Positions 17,428 through 35,117 of a DNA stretch of 64,000 nucleotides are shown here, one piece after another. The stretch comes from the human T2T-CHM13v2.0 reference genome, Homo sapiens: NCBI RefSeq assembly GCF_009914755.1, contig NC_060941.1; one strand, written 5' to 3'. The position numbers were made by a program, and so were the translations under genes. Numbering within the stretch: the stretch's first letter is position 1; each line of letters starts with the position of its first letter. A model generated the notes under the pieces. It did no database searches. It saw only the letters and a program-made list of their open reading frames with translations, and was not told where the DNA came from.

Positions 17428-18433
17428 TGAAAGCTCCTTGGTTTTATGTGTATCCCTCTTAAGATTCAAGTTCAAGGAATCCTACATTAATTCAGGGCTA
17501 AACTTTACTTTCATTGGAGGGGAATGAGAATGAGATCTGCAACACCTTGGAGTCTTCAGGAGAAGTTCCAGGATGGAGAGAAAAAAATCTGACATGTGAT
17601 ATGTGTTGTTCATCCATCCCTATTTTAGGGCTGAGGGTTATAGTTACATAATGTAGCAATTCCTGGCTGGAGTTCCTGCTTAGCCTTTTTTCATTTAGCA
17701 TTTATCAAAAACTTCTCATTTCAATTAACAGGGCAAGCCCCTGTTGGCTATTGCCCTTTGTGGTTCAAATTGAGAGTGTAATTAATCATGGAGACTTCAT
17801 ATCTCAGTGAACGTCAGCTAATAAGATTGCCTCCAAGATGCAAGCTCAGCCCCAGCTGGACCAAGCTCTCCTGTGGGCTTCTCCTTGCACCTTCCAGGTG
17901 GGAGACTGATTCTATCCAAAACGAGGACGCAGTTTTACACGGGCTGCTCAAACAAGCCCTTTGCTCTGCCTTGTCCCAGTGCGAGATGGATGAGGCCTGC
18001 AGGTGTGGCTGATCCTATAGAGTGGACGCCTTCTAAAGATGTGCCGAAGTCCATCTGGCCCCAGGGAAACAGCCCTGGCACCAGCTCAACCCCCTCGATA
18101 CAGATGGGCTTTAACTACAAGGGTCCAATTTGCCATCTGCCAAGCCTGGAGAGAATCGGTAGCATCCGGAGCCAGAGATCTCATTGTGGATGAATTTATA
18201 AAACCCTGGCTAGAAGAACTTGCAGCCCCACGCGTTCCCCACCAGCCAGCTGCCGGGCCGAGAGGAGCTGGGCAGGGCCCTTGAGGCAAGAGCATCGCTT
18301 GCAGAGAAGTTCCACATCCCCCAGCGGAGCCAGATGCCACTACTGGGGTTCGGTGCTCCGTGACCACATGAGTGAGCTGGAAGAGTGACCGCGGAACCTA
18401 GAAGACTTGCCTTGTAAAAACCTCTCTGACTCA

Positions 18434-19191
18434 TGTTATGGGTTTGTGTCCCCCCAGAAAGCTAGGTTGACGTCCTAACCCCCAGAATGTGAACTTACTT
18501 GGGATAGGGTCTTTACAAAGGTAATCAAGTTGAAGTGAGATCATTAGGGGGACCCTAATCCAGTATGATGGGTGTCCTTATAAAAAGGAGAAATTTGGAG
18601 CTGAGTGCAGTGGCTCACGCCTATGGTCCCAGCACTTTGGGAGGTCAACGCAGGCGGATCTCTTGAGGTCAGGAGTTCAAGACCAGCCAGGCCAACATGG
18701 TGAAACCCCATCTCTACTAAAAATACAAAAATTAGCCAGGAGTGGTGGTGGGCGCCTGTAGTCCCAGCTACTCGGGAGGCTGAGGCAGGAGCATTGCTTG
18801 AACCCAGGAGGTGGAGGTTGGATGGCACCACTGCACTCCAGCCTGGGTGACACAGCAAGACTCTGTCTAAAAGAAAAAAAAGGTTGGGGGGAATTTGGAC
18901 ACACAGACAGACAAGCACAGAGGGAAGACGATATGAAGATGCAGTGAGAATGTGATGACTTCACTCCAGTGATGCTTCTACATGCCAAGGAACGCCCAGG
19001 GGAAAGGCATGAAACAGATTCCTCCTCACAGCCCTTGGAAGGACCAGTCCTGATGACACCTCGATTTGGGGCTTCTAGCCTCCAGTACTGTGAAACAATA
19101 AATTTCTGATGTTTAAGCCACCAGTGTGTGATTATCTTTTTGTTGTTGTTGTTGTTGTCTGTGATACTTGATACAGCAGGAAACGAATAGA
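18434..19191 (+). mobile_element. MLT1 (MaLR, MLT1B/C-like) LTR split by an Alu
   Basis: tgttatggg...gtccccccagaa...ccctaatccagtatga..gtgtccttataaaa...gcctccagtactgtgaaacaataaatttctg.tgtttaagccac. Confidence 0.8.
18598..18881 (+). mobile_element. AluS
   Basis: Alu consensus inside MLT1. Confidence 0.92.
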
Positions 19192-20240
19192 CTAGTGGAA
19201 CCAACCCTCCACCCTAAATAGGTACGAATGAAAAACACATATCACATGTTAGATTTCTTTCTCTGCATTACGGAACTTTTCCTGAAGCCTCCAAGGTGTT
19301 GCAGATCTCATTTTCATTCCTCTCCAATGAATGACCATTTCAACCAGGTAAAATTTAGCCCTGAGTTAATGTAGGATTTCTTGAACTTGAACCAGGGAGG
19401 AAGAGAGCCCTGCCCTGGCTTGGAAGATTACTGGAAGGAAAGGACAGCGTATGCCTCTGTATGCCTTTCAGCCCTTCACAAGGAGAGCTTGTAAGTCACC
19501 TTTAAGATGCGTGAAGGCTGCCGGACTTTGAGGCTCACCCATCCTGCCATTGGGAGGTGGCTGCCCAGTACATGCACCGTTCAAGGAGGGCCCCCTGCTT
19601 GGCTGGGACCACGAGGTTCCAGAGGCCCCCAGGTGAAATCGCCTAAGGGAGCGGCCCATGACAGGGACAATCTGCTCTGCTCTCTGCTTTCGTCCACTTG
19701 GAACAGAGTGTTCCTGCCTCTGAAACATAAGAGAAAGGGGGAAAGACATTGGTACTGAGCACTGAAGACTGTCGGTTCACCTGGACCCAGAACCCAGTCA
19801 TAACATCCCACAGAACAAGAACCCTTCTCTCGCAATTCCTCCAACCACCATACTTACGGACACTGGCATGTGACAGCTTCCAGAAAATGGAAATGCCCAC
19901 CCAGGCTTTCACTCACACAAGGAAACCTGCATGCTGTTGGGCAGTCATATTTTTTATTTGAGATGATCAGCATTTTTCTGTACATTTGACTACAGGATAA
20001 CAATAAACTCATAGTAATCCTACAGCCCCTGGGACATTCCCACTGCCTTTCTTTGGAGGAGCTTAATAAGATTTGAACAAAGTGCACTACAGCATCTCTC
20101 AGGGCATCCTTGTATCATGTGCTTATCACTTTGGGATGTCTCCTGTGCATCACGCACCTTCTATGTGCCAGGCTGGGCTGGGGACTTTGCCTACCTTATC
20201 CAATTTAAGTCTTGCAACAACCCGCAAGGAAGTTTTTTGA

Positions 20241-20530
<290 letters not shown>

Positions 20531-20874
20531 AGGAGTTCTTAACACCATTCTACAGATGGGGAGATGGAAGCTCTCCTCTGATCAATTGTGCCAGAATTTC
20601 AGACAGAATGTCCTGTCCACATGGTGTAGGGGTGACGTGTTAAACCATTTGGGCTGCAATAACAGAATACCATAGACTGGGTAGCTTATAAACAATAAAC
20701 ATTGATTTTTTACAATTCCAGAGGCTGGCAAATCCAAGATCAAAGCATTGACAGATTCAGTGCCTGGAGATGGCTCGTTTCTTGGTTCATAGATGGCGCC
20801 CCTCTCACTGTGTCCTCACATGGCAGAAAGGGTGAAGGAGCTATCCAGAGTTTCTTTTATAAGAGCACTAATTG

Positions 20875-21180
<306 letters not shown>

Positions 21181-21249
21181 GCACTAATTGCCTCCCAAAG
21201 GTCCCCACCCCCTAATACCATCACACTGGTGATTAAGTTTCAACATATG

Positions 21250-21540
21250 GGTTGGGTTCGGTGGTTCACACCTATAATCCCAGCCCTTTGAGAGGCCAAG
21301 GCAGGAAGTGTGCTTGAGGCCAGAAATTTGTGACCAACATGGGCAACATAATGAGACCTCATTTCCACAAAACATTAAAAGAATTTTTTAATTAGCTGGG
21401 CATGGTGGTGCATGCCTGTAATCCCAGCTAGGTGAGAGGATCACTTGAGCCCAGGAGCTCAAGGCTGCAGTGAGCTGTGATGGCACCACTGCACTCCAGC
21501 CTGGGAGATAAGAGCAAGACCCTGTTGCAAAAAAACCCAA
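21250..21540 (+). mobile_element. AluJ
   Basis: Alu consensus; TSD aagtttcaacat.tg. Confidence 0.9.
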
Positions 21541-21814
21541 AAAGTTTCAACATGTGAATTGGGGGAGGGGCAACAAACGTTCAGACCAAACGTTCATGGG
21601 AGCCCGGGTCGGGGTGGACTGTGGCTGAGTTGCTGATTACTTCTCAGCTTCAGGTTCCTCATCAAGAGCATGGAGATAATATGTGTACTTCATAGCAGTG
21701 ACTGGATCTTGACTGTACATTCAGGTCACCACCTGTTCAGACCCCACCCAGGACCAGTTAGGTCAGAGCATGGGGGTCTAACCTTGCTCTTCTGTCTGGA
21801 CCTCATCCCGAGGT

Positions 21815-22178
21815 TTCAGTCACAGTTCTGGAGGCCGGAAGTCTGAAATCCAAGTGAGAGATTTCGAGGCTCTAGGGGACCATCCTTCCTTTCATCTTCC
21901 AGCGGCTCCAAAATTTCCTTGGTTTGTGACTCCTTAACTCCCATCTCTGCCTCTGTCCTCGCACAACCTTCTCCTCTGTGTCTTCTCCTCTTCTGTATCT
22001 TATAAGGACACTTGTCATTGGATTTAGGGCCCTCCCACTTAATCCAGGATGATCTCATCTCAAGACCCTTAACTTAATTACATCTGCAAGGACCTTTCCC
22101 AAATAAGATCACGTTCATAGATAGATACTAGGGGTTAAGACCTGGACATATTTTTGGGGAGGATTTATTTAACCCACA
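21815..22178 (-). mobile_element. MLT1B/C LTR fragment
   Basis: tcacagttctggaggccggaagtctgaaatc...tcttataaggacacttgtcattggatttagggcc...cttaacttaattacatctgcaa. Confidence 0.75.
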
Positions 22179-22754
22179 GCAGACATCTTGCACTCTGTTT
22201 TCTGATTGCACTGAGTTGGGACCCAGCAGGGGTTTCAAGACACGTAATCTCGGTCACACTAAAGTCCAGCCTTATGACGTTTTATAATTGGCCAGACCTT
22301 GAAACTTGCCTGTGGAAAGGCCCAGGGGATTTTTAACATCGGGGATGAAGGTTGAGGTTTATAAACCTCTTTTTAAAATAAGGAAACCTGGAAATGGAGG
22401 ATTAAAATGTAAAATAATTCTGTTCTTTTATAAAGAATAAGTGCTATAACAAGAGTTTGAATCAGGCCCAAAACACTACAGACATTCTAGAAATACAAAA
22501 CAGAAATATATACATATTTGGAAATGTTGTAAGAGAGGTCAACCGATGTGTGAAGGGGGCAATTTAGATACTGAATGTTCGTAAACCCAAGTGAGAAAAT
22601 GAGAAAGAAAATGACTTCATAAAGAATGGGTCTTGGGAGGTGTTAAGGAGGACAGTGAGGAGGAGAGGGTAGAATGTGAAAAGAGAAGTTTGCAGCAACT
22701 GGACTATTTCAGATAAGACCAGATAATTTGGTTCCCTTCCCCTCCCCACCCCCG

Positions 22755-22793
22755 TTTTTTTTGTTTTGTTTTGTTTTGTTTTGTTTTGTTTTT
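22755..22793. repeat. (TTTTG)n microsatellite
   Basis: Directly visible. Confidence 0.9.
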
Positions 22794-23067
22794 GGCTCAT
22801 CTTCATTCAAAAGCATTTACCTGGATGTTCATTTCTAATCTTGAGTTTTGATTAAAGGAGTCCTTTCCCTTACCTCCCTCTAGCTCTTTGAAAGTGAATC
22901 CTTAATTATAGGCCATGTTTGAGATTGACTAGATGAAATCAACAGCTGTAGATATGACACCAGACTGCAAAATATCGACACAATGTTGCCATAAAAAGCC
23001 CAATTGTTAATTGCTTATTTGGCACTGGGCTATAACAAAAACACCCTTTTTCTGTTTAATATTAAAA

Positions 23068-23212
23068 GTAAATGTAGTGGAAAGAACATCGAGCTAGAAG
23101 TAGGGTAGGCTGGGATTCTAGTCCCAGCCCTATTGCCGAGTGCCTGTGATTTGGGGGCAAAGCATTTTATTTTTCTCAGGCCCCGGTGTCCTTATCTATA
23201 AAACTGAGGGCA
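23068..23212 (+). mobile_element. MIR fragment
   Basis: tgtagtggaaagaaca...ctgggattctagtcccagc...tgtgatttgggggcaa...tccttatctataaaa. Confidence 0.6.
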
Positions 23213-23735
23213 TGAAACCAAATTACCACTTTCAGCTTAAAAATTATATTCTTAATCATGAAAATACAGCATACTTCTCATTTCTATCCTTTTTCCAAAA
23301 CTTTATTTCACAATACCCAAATATAATTCTATACTTTTGTCACGCAATCAGGAACCACACATTGATTTAAGCATCTACATCGTTTTTGCTGTGCAAGCAA
23401 TACTTTTCCAGTCTTATTCTGAACTGAAGTGAGCTGTCAGTCCCGACAATTCTCAACTGCTTTGGAAATGCAATCCACTGGTGTTCCATTTTTAATACCG
23501 TGAAGTCTTGTTTTATTCTTGAAGAATATGAATCTGAAATGTACATGAAGATGCTGGAATAGATACCATCTCAAACTCAGCTGTCATTGACTGAAGAAAC
23601 AAGCCAAGGGCAGTCCATGAATCAGGGAGGGAGGGCAAGGTCGGGCACAGCCAACTGGTCCAGGTTCCTCTTGCTCAGTCAGACCCACTGTGCAGGACCT
23701 GAAGGGCAGGAAGGCAGCTCAGACTATGGCCCTGG

Positions 23736-24248
23736 TGACAGTGACAGGAGGGCAGCCAAATGCCTAGGCAGATAGGGGTGGGACCCCAGTGAAACCCCAC
23801 TTCCAAGCCAAAGACAGTTTAAAGCCTGAAAGCCAAGCTACAGGTTAAATCCTCAGACCAGATTGAGAACTGGCCTTTCCTCTGATTGATCCCCACCCTT
23901 CACCTATTTTAAATATGCCTACTCTTTCCTAATTGGTTATCTACACTGTCGTGCCCACTTTTGAGTGGTATCTTCACTTTAACCTTTTTTGCATACTCAC
24001 AAACCAATCAGCATGCGCTCCCTATTGTTAGCCCATAAAAGCCCCAGGCTCAGCCATATTAGGGGACTTTCCCACTTTGGGATAGGTAACCACCCCACCC
24101 CCAGTATCCTCTCTTTGCTGAGAGCTTGCCTTTCGCATAATAAATTATACTCCACTCACTCTCTGGTGTCTGCATGCCTAATTCTTCCTGGTTGTGAGAC
24201 AAGAACTCGGACCTAGCTGAGCTAAGGAGCAGAAAAAATCCTGCATCA
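23736..24248 (+). mobile_element. ERV1 solo LTR (LTR9/MER61-like), full length
   Basis: TG...CA termini, 4-bp TSD CTGG (23732-23735, 24249-24252), CCAAT 24004, CATAAAA 24034, AATAAA 24139. Subfamily name uncertain. Confidence 0.85.
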
Positions 24249-24786
24249 CTGGTTTTTATTTTATTTCCCTGCCTCTGGTGCCTGCCCACCTTGCTTTGTT
24301 TGCTGGGTTGTCTCCTACATCTCTGGGTTACCAGGAGCTTGGACTCCTGCTTTCCTCTACTTGCCGTCTTTGTCCTATCCTTTACTTACTCAGTTGCTTA
24401 CCCAAGCAGGAAGACCTCCACTTAGGTTCTCGAGGGTTTGCCTGTCCATATTCTGGTCAACTGCAGGGGGGAAGCCATGTCTTCTAAGCCTCAAGATAGT
24501 TGTTTACGTGCAACTATCAGAGGTAAACACCCATCATTTACCTCTGTTGGGAGGAAGTCAAAAGACAGATGGGGAAAGAAACCAAATTTCCCTGTTTAAC
24601 TCCACCTCCTGTATTTTAACTCATGAGAGCTTCTTGAGAGGTATAAATTTCCTTGTTTTCAGCTTTCAGGCTTGTGGCTGATTGTGTGAACTTTTGGTGT
24701 GCTCTGGGAAAGAACAAAGCAGCATTCATTCTCTTCATCTTTGGTAATCCAGTTAATGCACCTGTTTTATAATATGCTTGATGGAT

Positions 24787-25278
24787 GTGTTTTGTTACCT
24801 GTTGCTGAGCAACAGCCCCAAAATTTAGTGGCTTAAAACAATGAGAGTGCATTGTTTCTCACAATTCTGCACTCTTGACTGGGTTTAGCTGGCCAGATCT
24901 GCTCTTCATGATGTGAGCTTGGATTGAAATATCTCAGATGGCCCTTTCACTCAACGTGGTCTCAGCTGAGATGGCTGGAGCATCTGAGACCTGGTTGAGC
25001 ATGTTGCCACATGGTCTCACCACATGGCTAGCTTGGGCCTCCTCATATCATGGTGCTCTAAGGTAATCAGCCTAGTCTTCTTACATTGTGGAGGGTTCCG
25101 GTTTCTGGCTTCCAGCTTCTCTTGAAAGGCTAAACTGACACAATGTCTCTTCTGGTACATTCTGTTGGTCAAAACAAATAACAGACCAGTCTAGATTCAA
25201 GGGGTGGGGAAATGGTGAGGGGAACAGCATGTCAGCACAGTGGGGGAAGGAATTGATGGTGGCCATCTTTGGAGATGT
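24787..25278 (-). mobile_element. Old MLT1 (H/I/J-like) LTR
   Basis: ccccaaaatttagtggcttaaaacaa...tctcacaattctg...cacatggctagcttgggc...attctgttggtcaaa...ggtggccatctttgga. Confidence 0.6.
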
Positions 25279-25344
25279 ATGGTAGATAATCTCTCAATTT
25301 ATTGGTCTTCTCTTTTCTTTTTATTTTTTTCCAAATTCAACATT

Positions 25345-25835
25345 ATTTCTTATTTTATTTTTTAAACATACAAAAAGCTGTACACAGCTTTTTAATTAAC
25401 ACATACAGCTTGATGATTTTGGACATAAGTATACACCTGTGAAACCATCACCACAATCTATGCCATAAATCTTTTTTTGTTTTTTGTTTTTTTTAGAGAC
25501 AGAGTCTTGCTCTGTCACCCAGGATGCAGTGCAGTGGCGCAATCTCAGGTCACTGCAACCTCCTCCCCCCAGGGTTCAAGCGATTCTTGTGCCTCAGCCT
25601 CCCAAGTAGCTGGGACTGCAGGCACACACCACCACACCCAACTAATTTTTTGTATTTATAGTAGAGACAGGGTTTTGCCATGTGGCCCAGGCTGGTCTTA
25701 AACTCCTGAGCTCAGGCAGTCCACCTGCCTAGACCTCGCAAAAGTGCTAGGATTACAGGCATGAGGCACTGGCTGCTATGCCATAAATCTATCCATCACC
25801 TCCAAAAGTTTCCTCCTGCCCTGTTTTATTATTTT
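25345..25835 (-). mobile_element. L1M 3' fragment split by an Alu
   Basis: aagtatacacctgtgaaaccatcaccacaatc...atccatcacctccaaaagtttcctcctgccc. Confidence 0.65.
25472..25773 (-). mobile_element. Alu
   Basis: Reverse Alu consensus; TSD ctatgccataaatct. Confidence 0.92.
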
Positions 25836-26038
25836 ATTATTATCTTTTTACTCTCAATGGCATGATATGGTATAGGAACACAGAGCAGGCAGGAACTAGT
25901 CCCATGGCCTCAAGCAGCAAATTTCCCAGCAATTCCGGGGTGCTATGGAAAAGCATGTTGTCTCTGCCCTGGACTATAGGATTGGATACATTACTTAAAT
26001 GCTCCTTTGACTGCCTTGGGAAATGCAATAATGGCTAA

Positions 26039-26745
<707 letters not shown>

Positions 26746-27315
26746 CGAATCACATTCTTAAATTAGCATAGTCTTTCCAGGCCTATGCATATGATTTCGG
26801 TGGTGGTTTCCGGGTTGGTTTAGGCAATGGAAACACAACCTGGCAAAATTAATAGAGAAGATTCAGAAATGTCACCCACAGTCAAGGTCACGAGCCCCTC
26901 CCTTCAGACTCACTTACTCCCTTCAGATACTTATTATTCATTCTCTTTTCCTTCCCCCTTCCCAGAATCTCTTTTGTCAATATTGTTCTACTCCATTAGC
27001 AAAACAGACTTTATATCCTATTAATCAAATATTTGTCCCACTTGAGTCCCTTTCTCCCCTCACCCCCAGGCCCACTGTCTTCCTGCAACAGAGACCAAGA
27101 AGGAAGGACCCTGAAGGAAGCTCAGGGAACCCTGATCTTCAGTGTAGGGTTGCGTCTGTTCTGAGTGGAGGGAAGTGCTCTGTGACCACACATGCCCCTC
27201 CTACACCCCCAGGGCAAAGAAATGTGGTCAAGGTGGAAGGCAGTGCAGTACCTGGTTCTCATGGAGCACACTCAAGAAACGTGCTCAGGATCATGACTCT
27301 GATAATATGACTTTA

Positions 27316-27622
<307 letters not shown>

Positions 27623-27770
27623 TTAGGTAGGACCATCAGCAAACCCAGAGCCAGTACATGCCCTGAAAAACCCACCGACGCAACATAGCATTTTTCAGAT
27701 TGTATTTTTTAAATGTTTATAATATGTCATTTACATACCATAAAGCTCACCCATTGAAAGCGTACAACTT

Positions 27771-28091
<321 letters not shown>

Positions 28092-28782
28092 TTATCTAGT
28101 TGTGAGCCATCATTTTAATCTAATTTTAGAACATTTTAATCACCCCAAAAGGAAATTTTGTTTCTGTTTGCCGTCATTCTGCATACCACTCCCTTCCCCC
28201 AGCTTTAGGCAACCACTAATCTGCTTACTTTCTCCATAGATTTGCCTCCTCTGGACATTTCATATCCATGGAATTATACAGTGTGGCCTTTGGTGGTTGG
28301 CTTCTTCTACTTAGTAGCATGTTTTCTGAAGCTCATCTGTGTTGGTGCATGTATCAGTACTTCATTTCTTCTTTTTTTTAAATTTCAACTTTTAGATACA
28401 GGGGGTACATGTGCAGAATAGTTATATGGGAATATTGTGTAATGCTGAGGTTTGGAGTATGGATCCTGTCACCCTGTGGTGAGCATAGTACCCCATGGAC
28501 ATGATTTCATTCTTTTTTATGGCTGTGTAGTATTCCATGGGCACCTAGATTGATTTCATGTCTTTGCTTTTGTGAATAGCACAGTGATGAACATATGAGT
28601 GCATGTCTTTTTGGTAGAATGATTTCTTTTCTTTGGGCATATACCCAATAATGGGGTTGCTGGGTTGAATGGTAGCTCTGTTTCATATGTTTGTTGGCCA
28701 CCTGTATGTCTTTGAGAAGACTTCATTTCTTCTTATGGCACAGTAATATTTCATTGTATGGATATAACACATGTTGTGTATC

Positions 28783-29531
28783 TGATACAGGCAAGCCCCT
28801 AAATGGGTGCTTAGCCCAGGAGGTTCTTGGCTTCACCCAGGAAAGAATTCAAGGGTGAGCCGGTGGTGTTAAAAGTTGAAGCAGTAGGCCGGGCGCGGTG
28901 GCTCCTGCCTGTAATCCCAGCACTTTGGGAGGCCGAGGCGGGTGGATCACAAGGTCAGGAGATCGAGACCATCCTGGCTAACACAGTGAAACCCCCGTCT
29001 CTCCTAAAGATACAAAAAATTAGCCGGGCATGGTGGCAGGTGCCTGTAATCCCAGCTACTCGGAAGGCTAAGGCAGGAGAATGGCGGGAACCTGGGAGGC
29101 GGAGCTTACAGTGAGCCGAGATCGCCACTACACTCCAGCCTGGGCAACACAGCGAGACTCCATCTCAAAAAAAAAGGACAAAAAAAAAAAAGTTGAAGCA
29201 GTAGCAGCAGAGGTGCTGCTCCTTGCAGAGCTTGACTGCCCCCTAAGCAGTGTGCCCAGAATAACAGCACAGAGGCAGTGCTCCACTCATTTTATAGTCA
29301 CTTTTAATTATATGCAAATTAAGGGGTGGTTTATGCAGAAATTTCTAGGATGCGGGTGGTAACTTCCACGTTGTCAGGTCATTGCCATGGAAAGGGGCAG
29401 TAACTTCACAGTGTTGCCACAGTGATGGTAAATGACATGGCCGCTTCTTATGGAAACCTGCTTCCGCCCTAGACCTGTTTTAGCTAGCCCTCAATTTGGT
29501 CCAGTGACCGAGCGAGCTTCTAGAATCAAGT
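28783..29531 (-). mobile_element. ERV1 (MER4-group) LTR, truncated at right end, interrupted by an AluY
   Basis: Recognisable LTR text (ttcttggcttcacccaggaaagaattcaagggtgagcc...ttgccatggaaaggggc...tagctagccctcaatttggtcc). Subfamily not assigned. Confidence 0.7.
28887..29190 (+). mobile_element. AluY
   Basis: Y diagnostics; TSD aaaagttgaagcagta. Confidence 0.93.
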
Positions 29532-29544
29532 CTTCATTTCTCAG

Positions 29545-29933
<389 letters not shown>

Positions 29934-30220
29934 TAATGCAGTTGCTGGGTAGCTCTGTTTTAAGTTCTTTGAGAAGTCTCCAGACTGCTTTCCACAGTGT
30001 GGACTAATTTACCCTCCCACCTACAGTGTATCAGCATTCCGTTTTCTCCACGGCCTCACCAGCATCTATTGTTTTTTGACTTTTTAATGATAGCCATTCT
30101 GGCTGGTGTGAGATGGTATCTAATTGTGGTTTTGATTTGCATTTCTCTGATGATTAGTAATGCTAAGCATTTTTTCATGTTTCTCGGCGACCTGTATATC
30201 TTCTTTTAAGAAGACTTCAT

Positions 30221-30560
<340 letters not shown>

Positions 30561-30669
30561 TCATTGTGTGGATATACCATATATTGTGTATCCATCAATC
30601 AGTTCATGGAAATGTGTATTGTTTCCCTTTTTTGTGGCTATTATGAATTAGAACATCCATGTACATGTT

Positions 30670-30991
30670 TTGTTTTTTGGGGTTTTGTTTGTTTGTTTGT
30701 TTGTTTGTTGAGACAGGGTCTCACTCTGTCACTGAGGCTAGAGTGCAGTGGCATGTTTACAGCTTAATGCAGCCTCAATTTCCTGGGCTCGAGTGATCCT
30801 CCCACCTTAGCCTCTCAAGTAGCTGCGACTATAAGCATGTGCCACCACACCTGGCTAATTTTTGTATTTTTTGTAGAGAAGGGGTTTTGCCATGTTGCCC
30901 AGGCTGGTCTTAAACTCCTGGACTCAAGTGATCCACCTGCCTCAGCCTCCCAAAGTGCTAGGGTTACAGGCGTGAGCCACTGCACCCAGCC
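30670..30991 (-). mobile_element. AluJ
   Basis: Reverse Alu consensus; TSD ccatgtacatgtttt. Confidence 0.92.
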
Positions 30992-31444
30992 CATGTACAT
31001 GTTTTTGTGTGGATATGTGTTTTCAAGTCTCTCGGGCAGATATCTAGGAGTGAAATTGCTAGGTTAAATGGTAACCCTATGTTTAATCTTTTGATGAGCT
31101 ACTGAAATGTTTTCAAAGTGGCCACACTATTTATATTTCTGTCACAATGTATGAGGGTTCCAGTTTCTCCCTATCTTTGCCAATGCTTGTTATTGTGAAC
31201 ATAGAATTTAACTAGTCTTTCACTTAGGTATTTACCAAATTTTGGCTAAGATTCTGATGTCCCAGCCACATGTGTGTGATACGTCGAATAGGGTTGAAGC
31301 ATTCACTCAACAAGCATGTATTCAACATCTGTGATGTACCCACCTGCCAGACCCATGACAGGGGAAGCTTCAGAAGCAGAAAGGAGGAGCCCTCATTCTG
31401 AGCCACCCAGGAAAGGGTCCTTGGAGGGGATGACACTGAAGTAC

Positions 31445-31901
<457 letters not shown>

Positions 31902-32845
31902 TAAGTCTTGAAGCAAGGAAAGGAGAATCAGGCAGAGTGCAGGACTTGGTGGGGGAGAAGGAACTTCAGGAAGGGGGACCAGTGCCTACCTAGGAGGTTC
32001 CAGACTCCTGGGGCTTTGGAGAATGAGGCCAGCAGAAGCTTCTTAAGGCTCACGAGAGAGGTGTGGCTTTGGGAGGCTGGTCCGGAAAAGATGCCAGAAA
32101 AATAAGTAATAACATCAAAGGCCTTGTACCTCCTTCCTGCCAGGGCATATTACTTTTATGCTACACTCATGGTGCCATGGACAGATTTTGAGGAGGGGAG
32201 TTTACATCTGGGAGGCCACCGTGGCAGCAGAGTGGGGAATGGTGGATGGAGAGATTGAGAAGAGGCAGGAGGGCAAGCATTCACCCGCTACTTTGATGAA
32301 GGCCTGGCGTCAGCTGGCATGGAAGTTGGCCCTGGGAGTGCACTGTGTTTTTTAGGGGAGCTACAGTTGTGGAAGTGGTCACCATAGCAAAAAGGTCCTA
32401 ACAGAGGAGGCAGATCTGTAAGGGAAGTCAAGGGCAGCCTGAAAGCCCTCTTTAGAGGCCAGTGCCAGATGGCCTTGGCGGAGCCACGGCCAGATCTGAG
32501 AGAATAAACCTGTCTTTATTTGTAAGCAGCCTGCTTTTACCTCCCAAGCCCACCCCTGAGACACAGTCTGGTCTGCATTAAAAGGGCTGGGGCTGTCCCA
32601 GCCAATTTGATTTTGTGTCTCATCCTATCTACTTCTCAACACAGGACCCCTTGACTGCCAGGTTTCTCCTGGGAGGGGAGATGCCAATTTTCTGCTTCAG
32701 CCTGTAGACTCCGCTGTGTGCTGTGAGGTTCTTTCCCTTCCTGGGGTCCAACATCCCCGTGAACAGGACCAGGACTAGCCCCAAACCCACAGCTGGACAG
32801 CAGATCCTGGAGCAGCTGCACGTCTTCTTTATGATAATGAAAACT

Positions 32846-33113
32846 GGCTGGGCCCGGTGACCCACGCCTTTAATACCAGCACTCTGGGAGGCCGAGGTGG
32901 GCAGATCACTTAAGCCTAGGAGCTTGAGACTAGCCTGGGCAACATGGCAATACCCCATCTCTACAAAAAATACAAAAATTAGCCAGGCATGGTAGTGTGC
33001 ACCTGTAGTCCCAGCTACTTGGGAGGCTGAGGCAGGAGGATTACTTGAGCCTGGGAGGTCAAGGCCGCAGTGAGCCATGATCCTTTCTCAAAAAAAAAAA
33101 AAAAAAAAAAAAA
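32846..33113 (+). mobile_element. AluJ with 3' deletion
   Basis: Alu consensus. Confidence 0.9.
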
Positions 33114-33295
33114 GTACTGAAAATTAGCTCATACATACATATTTAAGCATAATTACTGGGTTTTATATAGTTTACATGTTCTAAGGTATCTCTGAAAAAA
33201 ATAATCTTCTAATGAAATAATCAGCAAATGATTGGCTAATGGCAATCATTAGACAAATATTGGATGATTAAACTTAAAAAAAAAAAAAAACCCTT

Positions 33296-33611
<316 letters not shown>

Positions 33612-33614
33612 TTA

Positions 33615-35042
<1,428 letters not shown>

Positions 35043-35117
35043 TAATACTTATTCCTGACATTTAATAATGATGGTCAAACTTTTAATATATCAATTTCTT
35101 TGATTTTTTTTTTCTAG

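Larger units (their letters stand above)
17465..19391. repeat. Inverted repeat, arms 17465-17639 and 19203-19391
   Basis: Reverse complement of the right arm aligns to the left arm at roughly 85% identity with one indel of about 14 nt (manual). Confidence 0.92.

Noticed and set aside
18677-19204. 175-aa ORF
   Set aside because: Lies almost entirely in MLT1 + Alu sequence.
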